From contig CDRNVI010000012.1 in assembly GCA_977017575.1 (NCBI GenBank), forward strand, positions 1,136,653-1,200,652: a DNA stretch of 64,000 nucleotides, read 5' to 3'. The stretch's first letter is position 1, and every line of letters starts with the position of its first letter. Origin of the DNA: Paramoeba atlantica (lineage: Eukaryota; Protista; Discosea). The notes below the pieces were generated by a model. That model made no database searches, was not told where the DNA came from, and saw only the letters and a program-made list of their open reading frames with translations. Shown piece by piece: positions 22,409 to 32,321 of the stretch. Both the position numbers and the translations under genes were made by a program.

Positions 22409-23553
22409 ACCCGGGGAACGGTATATTATTCAATAACGCTATATTATTCTAATTACACTATATTATTCAAATTAACACTATATTATTCAAATTAACCAGG
22501 GGTCCCTAAAAATTTATAGATTTAGTTTATAGTATTTCAAAAAAAATTATAGTACTATAAATGCCATTTATAGCACTATAAATACTTTAAAGTGTTTGAG
22601 AAACTTTATTTTTAAGGGAGGCTAAAAGGGGTTCAAGAAGCCCAAAATTGTATTGGATGTTGTAAGGGATGATCATCTCGGGGGCCTGGCGTTCGGCTCG
22701 CAGTTCCGTGGTTGAAAACCCTTTTCTGAGATGGTAGCCTCAGGGAGACTCCATGTTGAGGGTGTCAAAAGCTTTCCGAGAACTAGTTGGTCGGCGTCTG
22801 TACCATCAGTGAGATGGCAGTGTCAGGGAAGACCACGAGAAGGTCCCGACCTTGCTCCCCATGTTCAGGGTGTCAAAAGCTTAGTAAGTTATTGATCGTA
22901 CTTTCCCCAGGGACACAGCGCAGTCCCTTCGTAAGAAGCCACTTAAGGTTTAGGTCCTGCAAAGCAGCATTGCTAACCCCATGATTGATTTTCCATAGGA
23001 GGTGTCGCTCAAATTCCTGTAATTGTGGTTTCACGGTGAAGGCATCCAAAGATCCTCGTTCCACACGTTTTTGACGCTGAGTGCTCCGCATCCACTCCTC
23101 AAAATTTAGGTCATGACTTTTAGTTCAAGTGCGTGAGGGCCGAGGAGTAGGAGACTCGAATCCCCTTTTAGCAAAAAAAAGGTTTCTTCGCGCCTGCTTC
23201 GCAGACTTGGCATTCGAAATTATGCGTCAACAATTTTAACAAAGTGTGAAACAACAAACTCCGCCTGGCTTTCGTCGTTCCGTCGCATATTTGGCATTTC
23301 TGAGAAACAAAAAAACTAAAATTTAATATACCAGTTTTTATGTATAGTATTTAAAAGTTTATAGTACTATAAAAGTACTATAATAAAGGTTTTAAAGCTT
23401 TAGGGACCCCTGAAATTAACACTATATTATTCAAATAACGATATATTATTCAAATAACGCTATATTATTCAAATAGAGCCGCATAACACTGTATTATTCA
23501 AATAACACTATATTATTCAAATTCCGATTTGAATAATATACCGTTCCCCGGGT
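22409..23553. mobile_element. TA-target MITE with 20-bp internal tandem repeats, interrupted by a hAT insertion
   Basis: Perfect inverted repeat taacccggggaacggtatattattcaa (22407-22433) / ttgaataatataccgttccccgggtta (23529-23555) including flanking TA; about nine tatattattcaaataac units. Confidence 0.85.
22497..23412 (-). mobile_element. Internally deleted hAT DNA transposon
   Basis: 14-bp TIR CAGGGGTCCCTAAA; exact 8-bp TSD aaattaac (22489-22496 and 23413-23420); subterminal tatagtactata repeats; minus-strand remnant 22873-23091 resembling a hAT transposase N-terminus (VPGESTINNLL). Confidence 0.88.
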
Positions 23554-23706
23554 TATATTGCGGTGTTTTTCATGCGTTTTTTCTATTTTGTATCTTTTTA
23601 TCAGTAACATAGTCACAGCATCTATCTATAGTACCGGTACGTACAGATCTACGTGGTATTTTTAAGTAAAACTTAAACAAGATGAAAACATAAACAAGAA
23701 TCCACC

Positions 23707-24606
23707 ATGAAAGAACAGAAAAGGAAGCGTTTTGGGTCCGTTCAAAACCGGACGACATCGTTCAAGTTACAGGGCGCAGAAAAGGTTAAATGCTCAACAC
23801 TTCATCATACAGAAAAGCAGAGCAATCCAACTATTACGTGCAGTACCATTGCAACCTGTGCTGAGCAAGAAGTTCGGCGGAAATATCAACAAATGTTAAA
23901 TATTTTGCGGCAACAGCATGGGACAGAAAACTCATTCAATTTGCTAACAAATCCCTTGAATCAGGAGTCCAGGAAAAGTCCCTTGCTACTTATTACTGGA
24001 CTTCCTTGGTACGTCTCTGAAAGGAAAGTCGTGTACGAATTAAGTATTCATTGCAAACCGCTCAAGTTATATTTTTATTGTGAAAGCAGCAGTGGCGTTT
24101 CTCTTGGATGCGTTTTAGTTGCATGTGCAGAGCCAGAAGTTCTATACAATGTGTACTCAATTATGAAGTGTAATTTCGAAGCTCCTACTTCCATCCATAT
24201 TTTATATCTCCCATCAGATAGCTATAATTCCAGCAAGAAGAATGTTGCAAACAAGTTGAATGATAATCATGAATCCAATACACACATATCTACGAGTGAG
24301 GTGTGCACCTCGTTGGGCCCAACCTTGCTTCCACCATCAGAACTGCTGGAGAACACTGTTCCTCTCACAAAAGTAGGTGAAGCAGAGCGGAATGACTACG
24401 AAGGTAATGATTCACAAAGATCAAGCTCAGTTTTATTCCCGCCAAGTCAATTGACTCGTATAGAGTGTGGCGGAATGGGAATAAAAGGGTGGGAATTTCG
24501 AACGCCATGCCCTTCTATTCCGAACACAGCACATTCTACAGGGTATCGTTCTCTTCAAACTTTGCAAAGAAGAATTTTAGTATGGAATGAAAGGACACCA
24601 CAATGA
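23707..24606 (+). CDS. Degenerate RRM protein (CPSF6/CFIm68-like RRM)
   Basis: LLITGLPWYVSE (RNP2-like) and FYCESSSGVSLGCVLV (RNP1-like). Confidence 0.55.
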   Translation: MKEQKRKRFGSVQNRTTSFKLQGAEKVKCSTLHHTEKQSNPTITCSTIATCAEQEVRRKYQQMLNILRQQHGTENSFNLLTNPLNQESRKSPLLLITGLPWYVSERKVVYELSIHCKPLKLYFYCESSSGVSLGCVLVACAEPEVLYNVYSIMKCNFEAPTSIHILYLPSDSYNSSKKNVANKLNDNHESNTHISTSEVCTSLGPTLLPPSELLENTVPLTKVGEAERNDYEGNDSQRSSSVLFPPSQLTRIECGGMGIKGWEFRTPCPSIPNTAHSTGYRSLQTLQRRILVWNERTPQ

Positions 24607-24864
24607 AATTCTGTTCTTTTTAAACTTTGGATATAAGATTTTTCGTAGTTTGGAGTCTTAGTCTATTCCCTGGAGATCGGCAAACTTTCGAAATCCCTGT
24701 ACAAGTGTGGGAGGTAGGGATATTCGTATAATTTCGTAAGTACACGTCTTAAAATGAGTATAGTATAATATTATTTATATTGAAAAAACTGTAGTGTTGT
24801 ACACTAAAGAAAGGAACACTTTCTTATTTAAATGGCACCTACATGACACACGGACGTCTGTTCA

Positions 24865-27294
24865 ATGAGTTTTAGATTTATTGCGTTTCGCGGTCTTCGC
24901 ACGGATACAGCAACGAAGCCTCCACTCAACATTGATAGCATTCTTCGGCGTTGTTCCGAAATACAAACCTCGGATCAAGCAGTTTCGATGCTCCAACTCT
25001 ATATGAGCGGCAACGGGTCAAATGGGGACGTGTTAAAGAAAAAGAAGACGATCTTTACGATTGTACAACGTCTCCCTGTCTCTGCACGTGGAGATTTGTT
25101 GGCTTCATATCTTACTCAACTTGGTTTGGTCCAACACGATGTCTTTTGCTCCCTTGAATGTCACGTGGGCCCCCTGGCTTTGATAGCTCAGATACGCATT
25201 TGTCAGGATGTCGAAGATCTCAAAATATTATGGAATCGTCTGTGTGCGTTTCTTCGAAAACAAGAATCACCAAAAGTATTGGACCATTTACACCACAATG
25301 TACGTAATAAAAGCACATTCTATTTCCTCTCCGATGAGAAAAAATCGCTTTCACACAGCTCAACGAACATCGAAAGCTCCGGGTTTTCTTCCGTCAAAAC
25401 GGAATCTGTTGTCGAAGCCTTCAGTCATATTTTTGATATAGTTCTACGTCAACATCAACATGATCTTTCTTTGGAGTTGATTGACGATTTTTATAATCTA
25501 TTTTGTACTAGGCTTTCTGAAATCTCTCTGCAAAATCTTGTTACGTCCTTCACAGAGCACGTAGTTTACGACATGATGACTGAAGGAATTTCACCCCAAA
25601 AGGTGGAATATGTTGCACGCCGCATTCTGCCATCCTCCAAGAACAGTTCTGACATCCCAGGGAAACAGCCGAAATATTTACAGGACGACAATGTGAAAAC
25701 GACGAATTCACATGAGCGTATATCAGGCATCGAAAATAATGAGAATATGCTTCGACCTAGAACTCTTTCAATGTTCTTTCTTTTGCAAGGGTACACTAAT
25801 CAAATAGACCGACTTGAAGAACTTTGGGATCTGTGCCGTCTCCGAGGTCTTTTGCTACCGACAAAACCGGTTTGCCTTTCCATTGTAAATGGTTGTCGTT
25901 TTCTTCTTGGGGGCTATTCACTGAATGCGGAGATAAGAGATCAGTCGCGTATCCCCCGTGTGATGGATATACTCCACGATTTGTACCAAATATTACGTTC
26001 TTCTGAGCAGAACCGTTTGGATTCAAAGGATTTCGATGAATTCTTGTGCTCCCTTATAGACGCTTTAAGCGATATTCAAGAATTTTCTGTTAAATTAAAA
26101 AGAGTTGCATATAGAGATTCAAAAAAGGTTGCACCTTTAGTCAATTTAGAGCAGAACTATAGCACCGCAATAAACTTTCTGTCCGAAATATTTCTTGACA
26201 ACGAGTTTGTACGCCGTCTTTCTCGCGAATATTATCTACGATTGCTACGAACTCTGGGGATTTCTGATTACGACAAATGGGCTTTACGCATTCTCGAAGA
26301 GATACGTCGACAAGGATACGTATTTAGCACAGTAAAGGAACGTGGGTGGCTCTTGCAGGCATTGCAATGGCGTTCCATTCCTTCCAAAAAGCTGAACCCT
26401 TCCGCGGTGCAGGCGAAGTCAATTGCTCTGCCTTCAAAATTGCCTGCAAGCTCTACGTACACTTCTATAAGACTTCCTGTGATACCTTCATTTACGTGTA
26501 TTGACGGAATTCTGCTTGATCAGGAGGCCCCATGCCGAAATGCCAGACGTCCGTACACTTCGGAGGACCCTTTCCGCTCTACCTCCGGGGTAGACAAAGA
26601 TGACTTGAGACTTACAACGTTACTAGCGCAATATTACTTGCGCGCCGCAATACGATGCGGCCTGTGGTACGGAATACGCGCGCAAAAGCAAATTGGCAAC
26701 GCTACATGTACATCTTTAGAGGGCCACATTCGTACTCTTTTGCTAGAAATGCGAAACACACATCCCTACCTCACCACCCGCATGCTTCGGCAATTGCGAA
26801 TGAATTGCGATAAATTACAGTCCAGTACGGATCCCACTGAGAAGGGCTGGACTCCTTTCTCAGTGTTTGCGAAGTGGAAGCATGAACTCGAAAAGCAATT
26901 AATAGCAGACTCTTCTATCCAAAAAACTACGGAAACACCGGAACTGGTCGACAGTTGCACTACACTGACGCTCAGTGATAAGATCTTGAGTCATAAACAG
27001 AATAGTGGAAATATGTCGCCGACAAACGCGTTGTTGATGTCATTCGGAGATGAAATTGTCTTGTGCTCTCTTTGGGCTTCTAGGCAGCTTGACGCTTCTC
27101 GTAGCATGGCACAACACTTTGCCAAGAAGACTGTTTCTCCGTCAAAGATGCCAAATAAGATAATTTTAGAATCAGAACCGAACAAATTCGACCAGCTTTT
27201 GCTCCATTGTTTAAGAAAGCAAACGGAAGATTTGCTATTTATTTGGAGTTCCAAAGTTCTTAACGGTTTCTTACGAGACGAAAATTTTAAATAA
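24865..27294 (+). CDS. Hypothetical protein, probably mitochondrial
   Basis: 809-aa ORF on the coding strand; Arg/Phe-rich N-terminus; no recognisable domain. Confidence 0.65.
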   Translation: MSFRFIAFRGLRTDTATKPPLNIDSILRRCSEIQTSDQAVSMLQLYMSGNGSNGDVLKKKKTIFTIVQRLPVSARGDLLASYLTQLGLVQHDVFCSLECHVGPLALIAQIRICQDVEDLKILWNRLCAFLRKQESPKVLDHLHHNVRNKSTFYFLSDEKKSLSHSSTNIESSGFSSVKTESVVEAFSHIFDIVLRQHQHDLSLELIDDFYNLFCTRLSEISLQNLVTSFTEHVVYDMMTEGISPQKVEYVARRILPSSKNSSDIPGKQPKYLQDDNVKTTNSHERISGIENNENMLRPRTLSMFFLLQGYTNQIDRLEELWDLCRLRGLLLPTKPVCLSIVNGCRFLLGGYSLNAEIRDQSRIPRVMDILHDLYQILRSSEQNRLDSKDFDEFLCSLIDALSDIQEFSVKLKRVAYRDSKKVAPLVNLEQNYSTAINFLSEIFLDNEFVRRLSREYYLRLLRTLGISDYDKWALRILEEIRRQGYVFSTVKERGWLLQALQWRSIPSKKLNPSAVQAKSIALPSKLPASSTYTSIRLPVIPSFTCIDGILLDQEAPCRNARRPYTSEDPFRSTSGVDKDDLRLTTLLAQYYLRAAIRCGLWYGIRAQKQIGNATCTSLEGHIRTLLLEMRNTHPYLTTRMLRQLRMNCDKLQSSTDPTEKGWTPFSVFAKWKHELEKQLIADSSIQKTTETPELVDSCTTLTLSDKILSHKQNSGNMSPTNALLMSFGDEIVLCSLWASRQLDASRSMAQHFAKKTVSPSKMPNKIILESEPNKFDQLLLHCLRKQTEDLLFIWSSKVLNGFLRDENFK

Positions 27295-27892
27295 TTATTT
27301 TATTAACAAATATTTTAAGCGTTCTGCTGCCTTGTTTCTACAAATATTTTTGAAACATTAATTCGCACCTCTAGGTCCAAAGGACACTTTGGAGTGAAAC
27401 CTAAAGTTTTATTCCACCCACTATCTTAGCTTTGCTAGGGACTCTTGCCGCGTAACTTTTTGTCCTCACTCTAAGCGTTGCTTTCTACCAAAACCGGGCA
27501 ACGCTAGGATACGGGGGGTAAATCTAAGATTGGTAGGGAAGGTGTCCAGAAAACATGTGGAGGACAGTAACAGATGCCTATGTCACTTTCTCACAGCTAT
27601 GGCGCCATTCGATTCGACGGCTATTGTGCCGTTCAAAGACGCAATGCGCAGATACTGCATGCTGCAAAATGAAACTGGTCAGTCTACGACGTGCAAACGG
27701 GTGTAATCAATTTTGGAATGTAATAATCTTAATAGCGATACAGTGTTCCCTAGTTTTGATTTCATCATGCAATTGTTGTAAAGCAATTAAGGAACAATTA
27801 AGGGGGTTTACATAACGTCATCTGCATTGACGTTCTTCCATCAAAACGGAAAAGCAAAACTATTTTTTACGTTACCTTTCTTCTTAATCCGA

Positions 27893-28531
27893 ATGCACAT
27901 TTTTTGTCCCACTTGCCGAGTGTACAAAGCTCATGGCGCTGACGAGAGCTCTACTTCACCTTTGATCCGACCGGGACGTATTCGTGGAGCCGCCCTACCG
28001 GCGCAATATGCCTTGCACCTGTTCATCCGGAACATCTCCAACCCCCATCCCACGTGGAGGGCCGATGCTCCGCCTTCATCGTGGCACGGAGTCGAAGTCG
28101 ACTTTAACACAGAATCTGTACGTAGCCTCACTTGGATCAATTTAGGCTTACAGGGAATGCTTCCCTGGTGTGACTGCCCACCCGCACTGGAAAAGTTGAA
28201 TTTTTGTCGCAATGAGCTCAGCGGCTCCGTTGATTTTGCTGAACTTCCCGCCAAACTGCGCTTGTTTGCGATTTCGATTAATATGTTTAGCGGGGAGCTC
28301 TGTTTTGAGGGAATACCGCCCTCGATAAAGGTATTACAACTGAGTTCAAACCGGTTTTATGGAAAAGTTGATCTTAGTCCTCTGCTTGGGAGACCGATTC
28401 GCCTAGATCTCAGTCAAAATTTTCTTACGGATATTTTTCCTAAAGTATCCTTCTCCGGTATAACAATTGGAGTACAATGTAATGAACAGATACATAATTT
28501 CTGTTTTTCGGTATCTACTTCTTTTGTATGA
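27893..28531 (+). CDS. Leucine-rich repeat protein
   Basis: LHLFIRNISNPHPTW...SSWHGVEV cap, then LRRs NELSGSVDFAELP. Confidence 0.82.
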   Translation: MHIFCPTCRVYKAHGADESSTSPLIRPGRIRGAALPAQYALHLFIRNISNPHPTWRADAPPSSWHGVEVDFNTESVRSLTWINLGLQGMLPWCDCPPALEKLNFCRNELSGSVDFAELPAKLRLFAISINMFSGELCFEGIPPSIKVLQLSSNRFYGKVDLSPLLGRPIRLDLSQNFLTDIFPKVSFSGITIGVQCNEQIHNFCFSVSTSFV

Positions 28532-28895
28532 TATACATACTATACTGCTTCTGTATGACTTTGGGAATTACCAGAAGAAAAGGATCACTGAAATTGAGTG
28601 ACTGAACCCTATATACATGTATGCACTGAAAATGGCCGTCTATCCTCCTGAATGCAGTCACACTATTTAGCAGTATTGTTTCCATAATTTTAATTAAGAA
28701 GGGAGGCAACTGGCTAATCTGCCGTATTCTTCCATATTCTGCCGATCGCTGTCCTATTCGGCCTCAGAGGTCAAAAAAATTTATCGAATCCAAAAACCTT
28801 TTTGCGGTTCACTTTCGAATTCTGCCATATTCTGTCAATCACCACAGACGCGTTGCCCCCCCTCTAAGTTCCGCACTGTACGTGTATCTAATTTA

Positions 28896-30143
28896 CAGTG
28901 GTCGTCACTATTCTCAGAATCCGTAATTGAACATTGAAAGGATTTTTTGATTCTCATTCTCATTTTCGCGACTATTCCCATTTTCGTGTTGATTTTGCCG
29001 TTGAACGTTGACAATAAATAGAAAAGAAGTAGAAAAAAATCTTTGGGTCACCTGCACTCAAACTGTACTCAAAAATACGTTTTTTCAAAACAAATGTTCC
29101 CTTCGACCAAATTTCCTTTCAAAGTCGTTCTGAGCGCTATCCACTGTGCGTGCGCTGGCCAAATGAAGTAGAATACAAGCTTGTAATGTCGCACGATCCC
29201 GAGTCTTTACCAATTTCCAGTGGGTAAGATCCATCATTCTTCCTTCTTGCTCCGTAACTGTTACGAACCAGTAGCCTGTTACGTGCTGACGCCTCCCACG
29301 GTTGTACTTACATTTTCCAATAAACGTTTCGTCAACCTGCATCCGGGCAAATTTTTAGTTTGAAGTCTTCTCCTGATGCGGGGCTGCGTTGCCAAGCGCT
29401 CGAATAATTTTCTGCACCACCTTCCGTTGCACTCCACGGTTCTGGTAAATCTGCCCAGTACACAAATGGTTTGCGGCGTCTGCCCAAAGAAGTTCGTGTG
29501 AAGAGGATCGGAGAGAATTTGCTAATTCGGGCCCGACACAGGCTTCTCTCATTCGGAAGACGGTGTTGGCAAACCATCATGTCGGGCTTTCCTGGCACAT
29601 ATTGGAGATAGTCCGCCCCATGGAAGTAGCACGCGGCATTTTCAAACAGGCCATGTGATCTCATCCAGGTTATGGCATCCTCGCCTTGCGGAACACAGCC
29701 AATGCTTCGCCACCCCCGAACACAAACAAATCTGGTACACCCCGAGCAAAGTCGTCTCGCTCGCAAATTTCGCCATACTCTATTTTGAACAACGGGTTGA
29801 GTACGAGGTTTCGGATTATTTCCATACAATGCTGTCTCATGTGGAACACGCTCTATGACACGATCAAACGCCTCAAGGAACATCATTATGAGTCGATCGG
29901 CCTCATTAATTGAGTCGGTCGTGTTCATTTTGGTCTTCTGGCGGGTACAATAGGTGTCCCTAGGTATAATAAACCGGACTGTGGTTTACAAATTTTTGCC
30001 CAAATTGCACAACAGGGTCCCTTTTGATCCATTCTCATTCTCATTTTCAAGGCCCTTTTTGAGCTGAACGTTGACACGATAATTTGTCATTCTTGAGAGG
30101 GTCATTCTCATTTTCGTGACTGTCATATTGGTGACGATCACTG
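28896..30143 (-). mobile_element. TA-flanked element with CAGT-type TIRs carrying a decayed Merlin/ISXO2 transposase fragment
   Basis: TA|cagtggtcgtcac ... gtgacgatcactg|TA; subterminal TTGAACGTTGACA and ATTCTCATTTTC motifs; minus ORFs 29332-29928 (EDAITWMRSHGLF..C) and 29085-29342 (QVDETFIGKCKYNRGR). Confidence 0.8.
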
Positions 30144-30172
30144 TAGCTGTTTTTAAAATATACAGGGGTGGG

Positions 30173-30348
30173 CATTCATGCGTGATATTTCGCCGGTAAC
30201 AACCGTAAAAGTAGTGGGAACGGTGTGGTGTGTGTACGCCACGAAAGCAGTACGCTTAGCGTACTCCCGGTATCACGTATGCACATTCCAAAACCCCTTG
30301 AGCGCGCTTGGGCTTTGACGAGGTGAAGAGAAACCATGCATTACACAT
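30173..30348 (+). pseudogene. 5'-truncated snR30/U17-like copy 2
   Basis: Aligns to copies 1 and 3 from cattcatgcgtga to ACAcat; keeps m2 (30331-30337) but lacks m1. Confidence 0.65.
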
Positions 30349-30405
30349 CACTTTCCCTATTATCATCAGTCCTTTCTGGACTTTCTGTATGTCCTTTCTT
30401 TTCTT

Positions 30406-30486
30406 GTGATGAGTCTTACGCTTCTCAGGCAACCCTCTTCTGAGTAACCTGAAGAAAATGAGCACCGAACCCATATATGCACCTGA
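30406..30486 (+). ncRNA. Box C/D snoRNA candidate, copy 1
   Basis: C box GTGATGA (30406), internal CTGA D' (30440), C'-like ATGAGC, terminal CTGA (30483-30486); near-identical copy at 32208 whose homology ends just outside the boxes. Confidence 0.65.
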
Positions 30487-30634
30487 AAGTCACTATCTTT
30501 GCTCTAAAATGCAGTTATACAAATTGGGTCTATGCTGCATTTTTCAATTCTACATTATTTATTTTTTCTCCTACTCAAAATGCTTGCTTGTTTTTCACCA
30601 CAACCTGTGCAGTACCTTTCAAAATTATTTGTCT

Positions 30635-30867
30635 CATCGGTTCTTACGACCTTTGCGAAGTCGCGCCGCTTCAGAGATGAGATATTCCTGAACATTCATG
30701 CGTGATACTTCGCCGGTAACAACCGTAAAAGTAGTGGAAACGGTGTGGCGTGCGTACGCCACGAAAGCAGTACGCTTAGCGTACTCCCGGTACCACGTAT
30801 GCACATTCCAAATCCCCTTCAGCCTCTTGGGCCATGACGAGGTGAAGAGAAACCATGCATTACACAT
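30635..30867 (+). ncRNA. snR30: snR30/U17-like H/ACA snoRNA, copy 3
   Basis: m1 ATATTCCTG 30682-30690, m2 AAACCAT 30850-30856, ACA 30862-30864; internal hairpins gtggcgt/acgccac and agtacgc/gcgtact. Confidence 0.72.
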
Positions 30868-30941
30868 CACTTTCCATATTCGTTTCCGTCTAATGTAATA
30901 ATCTTTTAGAATATACCACATTCCGCTTTAACACTTCTGTA

Positions 30942-31097
30942 AAAGGGGGGTTCGTCTACGTATTATTAACAACCATCTACTATTAACAATGGTACTATTT
31001 CATCTATTAACATTCATCTATTATTACCAAACATTATTATTATTAATAATAATATTATTAACAAAAAAGTTTGTTAATAATAGACGAACCCCCCCTT
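30942..31097. mobile_element. 156-bp AT-rich MITE
   Basis: TIR aaaggggggttcgtcta / tagacgaaccccccctt (one mismatch), TA on both sides, internal tattattaa repeats. Confidence 0.75.
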
Positions 31098-31262
31098 TAG
31101 CTAGGTACCATTGCCTGGGGCAATGTTATGATGTTCCATGCGTTTTTTAGCGTCTCCCCCCCCTAAAAATTTTGTAGACTCCGGAAAAATGAATCAATTT
31201 TCTTTTTCAAAATTTTGACGTAACTTTAATTACATCTTCTTCCATTATTACGGTTTCCGCCA

Positions 31263-31880
31263 TTATTCTATTAGAATCATCAAGAATAGGTAAGGCGCCA
31301 GTACATCGTGTGAAGTTCCATTTTCTGTCGAAAACCGTTCCGCTTCTCCATAGGGTGTCCTAACGTATGATGTTAAACCCTCGTATATGCTCAAGGTTAC
31401 TTTAGTGAGACTTTCTGGTATATGAAAAGCTCTTAGAGCATCTTTTATTGCCGAGAAGGTGACAGAGGGAAACGCTTGTTTAAAGTCGACGAACGCAATG
31501 GCGACGCCTTTGCCTCTTGTGGCTTTGGTGGCTATTTCCACGAAGGTTGCTTGGGCACCTGCAGTGGATCTGTGTGGGCGAAACCCAACCTGATTAGAGC
31601 GCTGCATGTTTTCAACAACTGGCTGTATGCACCCTAAAACCATCCTATTCATTATTTTCACAACGTGGTTGACAATGCATACTGGTCACCAGTTTGAGAA
31701 CTCGTTCAGATTGCCCTTCTTCGGGGGTGGGACTTGTAGAATAGTTTTCCATTTCTCCACAGCAACTCCGGTTCTCATTACGTCGTTCATAATATTTAGC
31801 AACGTACCCAGTAAAGATTCACTTTGAGCCAGAGCTCGAAGAGCCTCTATAGGGATATCATCAGATCCAGACGCCTTTCC
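31263..31880 (-). pseudogene. Non-LTR retrotransposon reverse transcriptase fragment (RTE-like)
   Basis: In one frame: GKASGSDDIP...PKKGNL..SNW*PV..KIM..QVGFRPHRST..AFVDFKQAFPSV..DVLAPYLF; in-frame TGA and damaged QGD motif. Confidence 0.85.
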
Positions 31881-32207
31881 AAACCCCCTCTACCGATGAG
31901 CCACCACGCGAGATTCTCAACACTGCTCCCCTACATGGTCCTCCAGATTTTCGATACGCATGTACGCTGACGGAGTACTTTAATAAAGTTCAAGAACGCC
32001 AAGAAAATGAAAAAAAAAGAAGTCGATGCAATGGGCGAAGGGTAATATACTGAATAAACGAAGTTTTTCTTTGTTTTCAAAAAAAGTACCTCAAAAAAAT
32101 CTCATGAAAAGTTAACCTTCCTGTAGCTACTTAACATTCTTGTAGCTACTTAATATTCCCCACGGAATGTTAAGCCGGAGTGGTTTAATATTTTGTTCCT
32201 TTCTTTC

Positions 32208-32287
32208 TGATGAGTCTTACGCTTCTCAGGCAACCCTCTTCTGAATAACCTGAAGAAAATGAGCACCGAACCCATATATGCACCTGA
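32208..32287 (+). ncRNA. Box C/D snoRNA candidate, copy 2
   Basis: TGATGA at 32208, CTGA at 32284; differs from 30407-30486 by one internal base. Confidence 0.6.
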
Positions 32288-32321
32288 AAAATATATATTT
32301 CATACCAGCTTAACATTTGTC

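Noticed and set aside
23140-23170. gactcgaatccc as a tRNA T-arm
   Set aside because: No cloverleaf or D-arm; inside the hAT element.
22422-23530. 20-bp and 38-bp (32322) direct repeats as CRISPR arrays
   Set aside because: No unique spacers, no cas genes, eukaryotic context; explained as TE-internal tandem repeats.
30163-30174. caggggtgggca as a second hAT terminus
   Set aside because: No partner inverted repeat or TSD found in the window.
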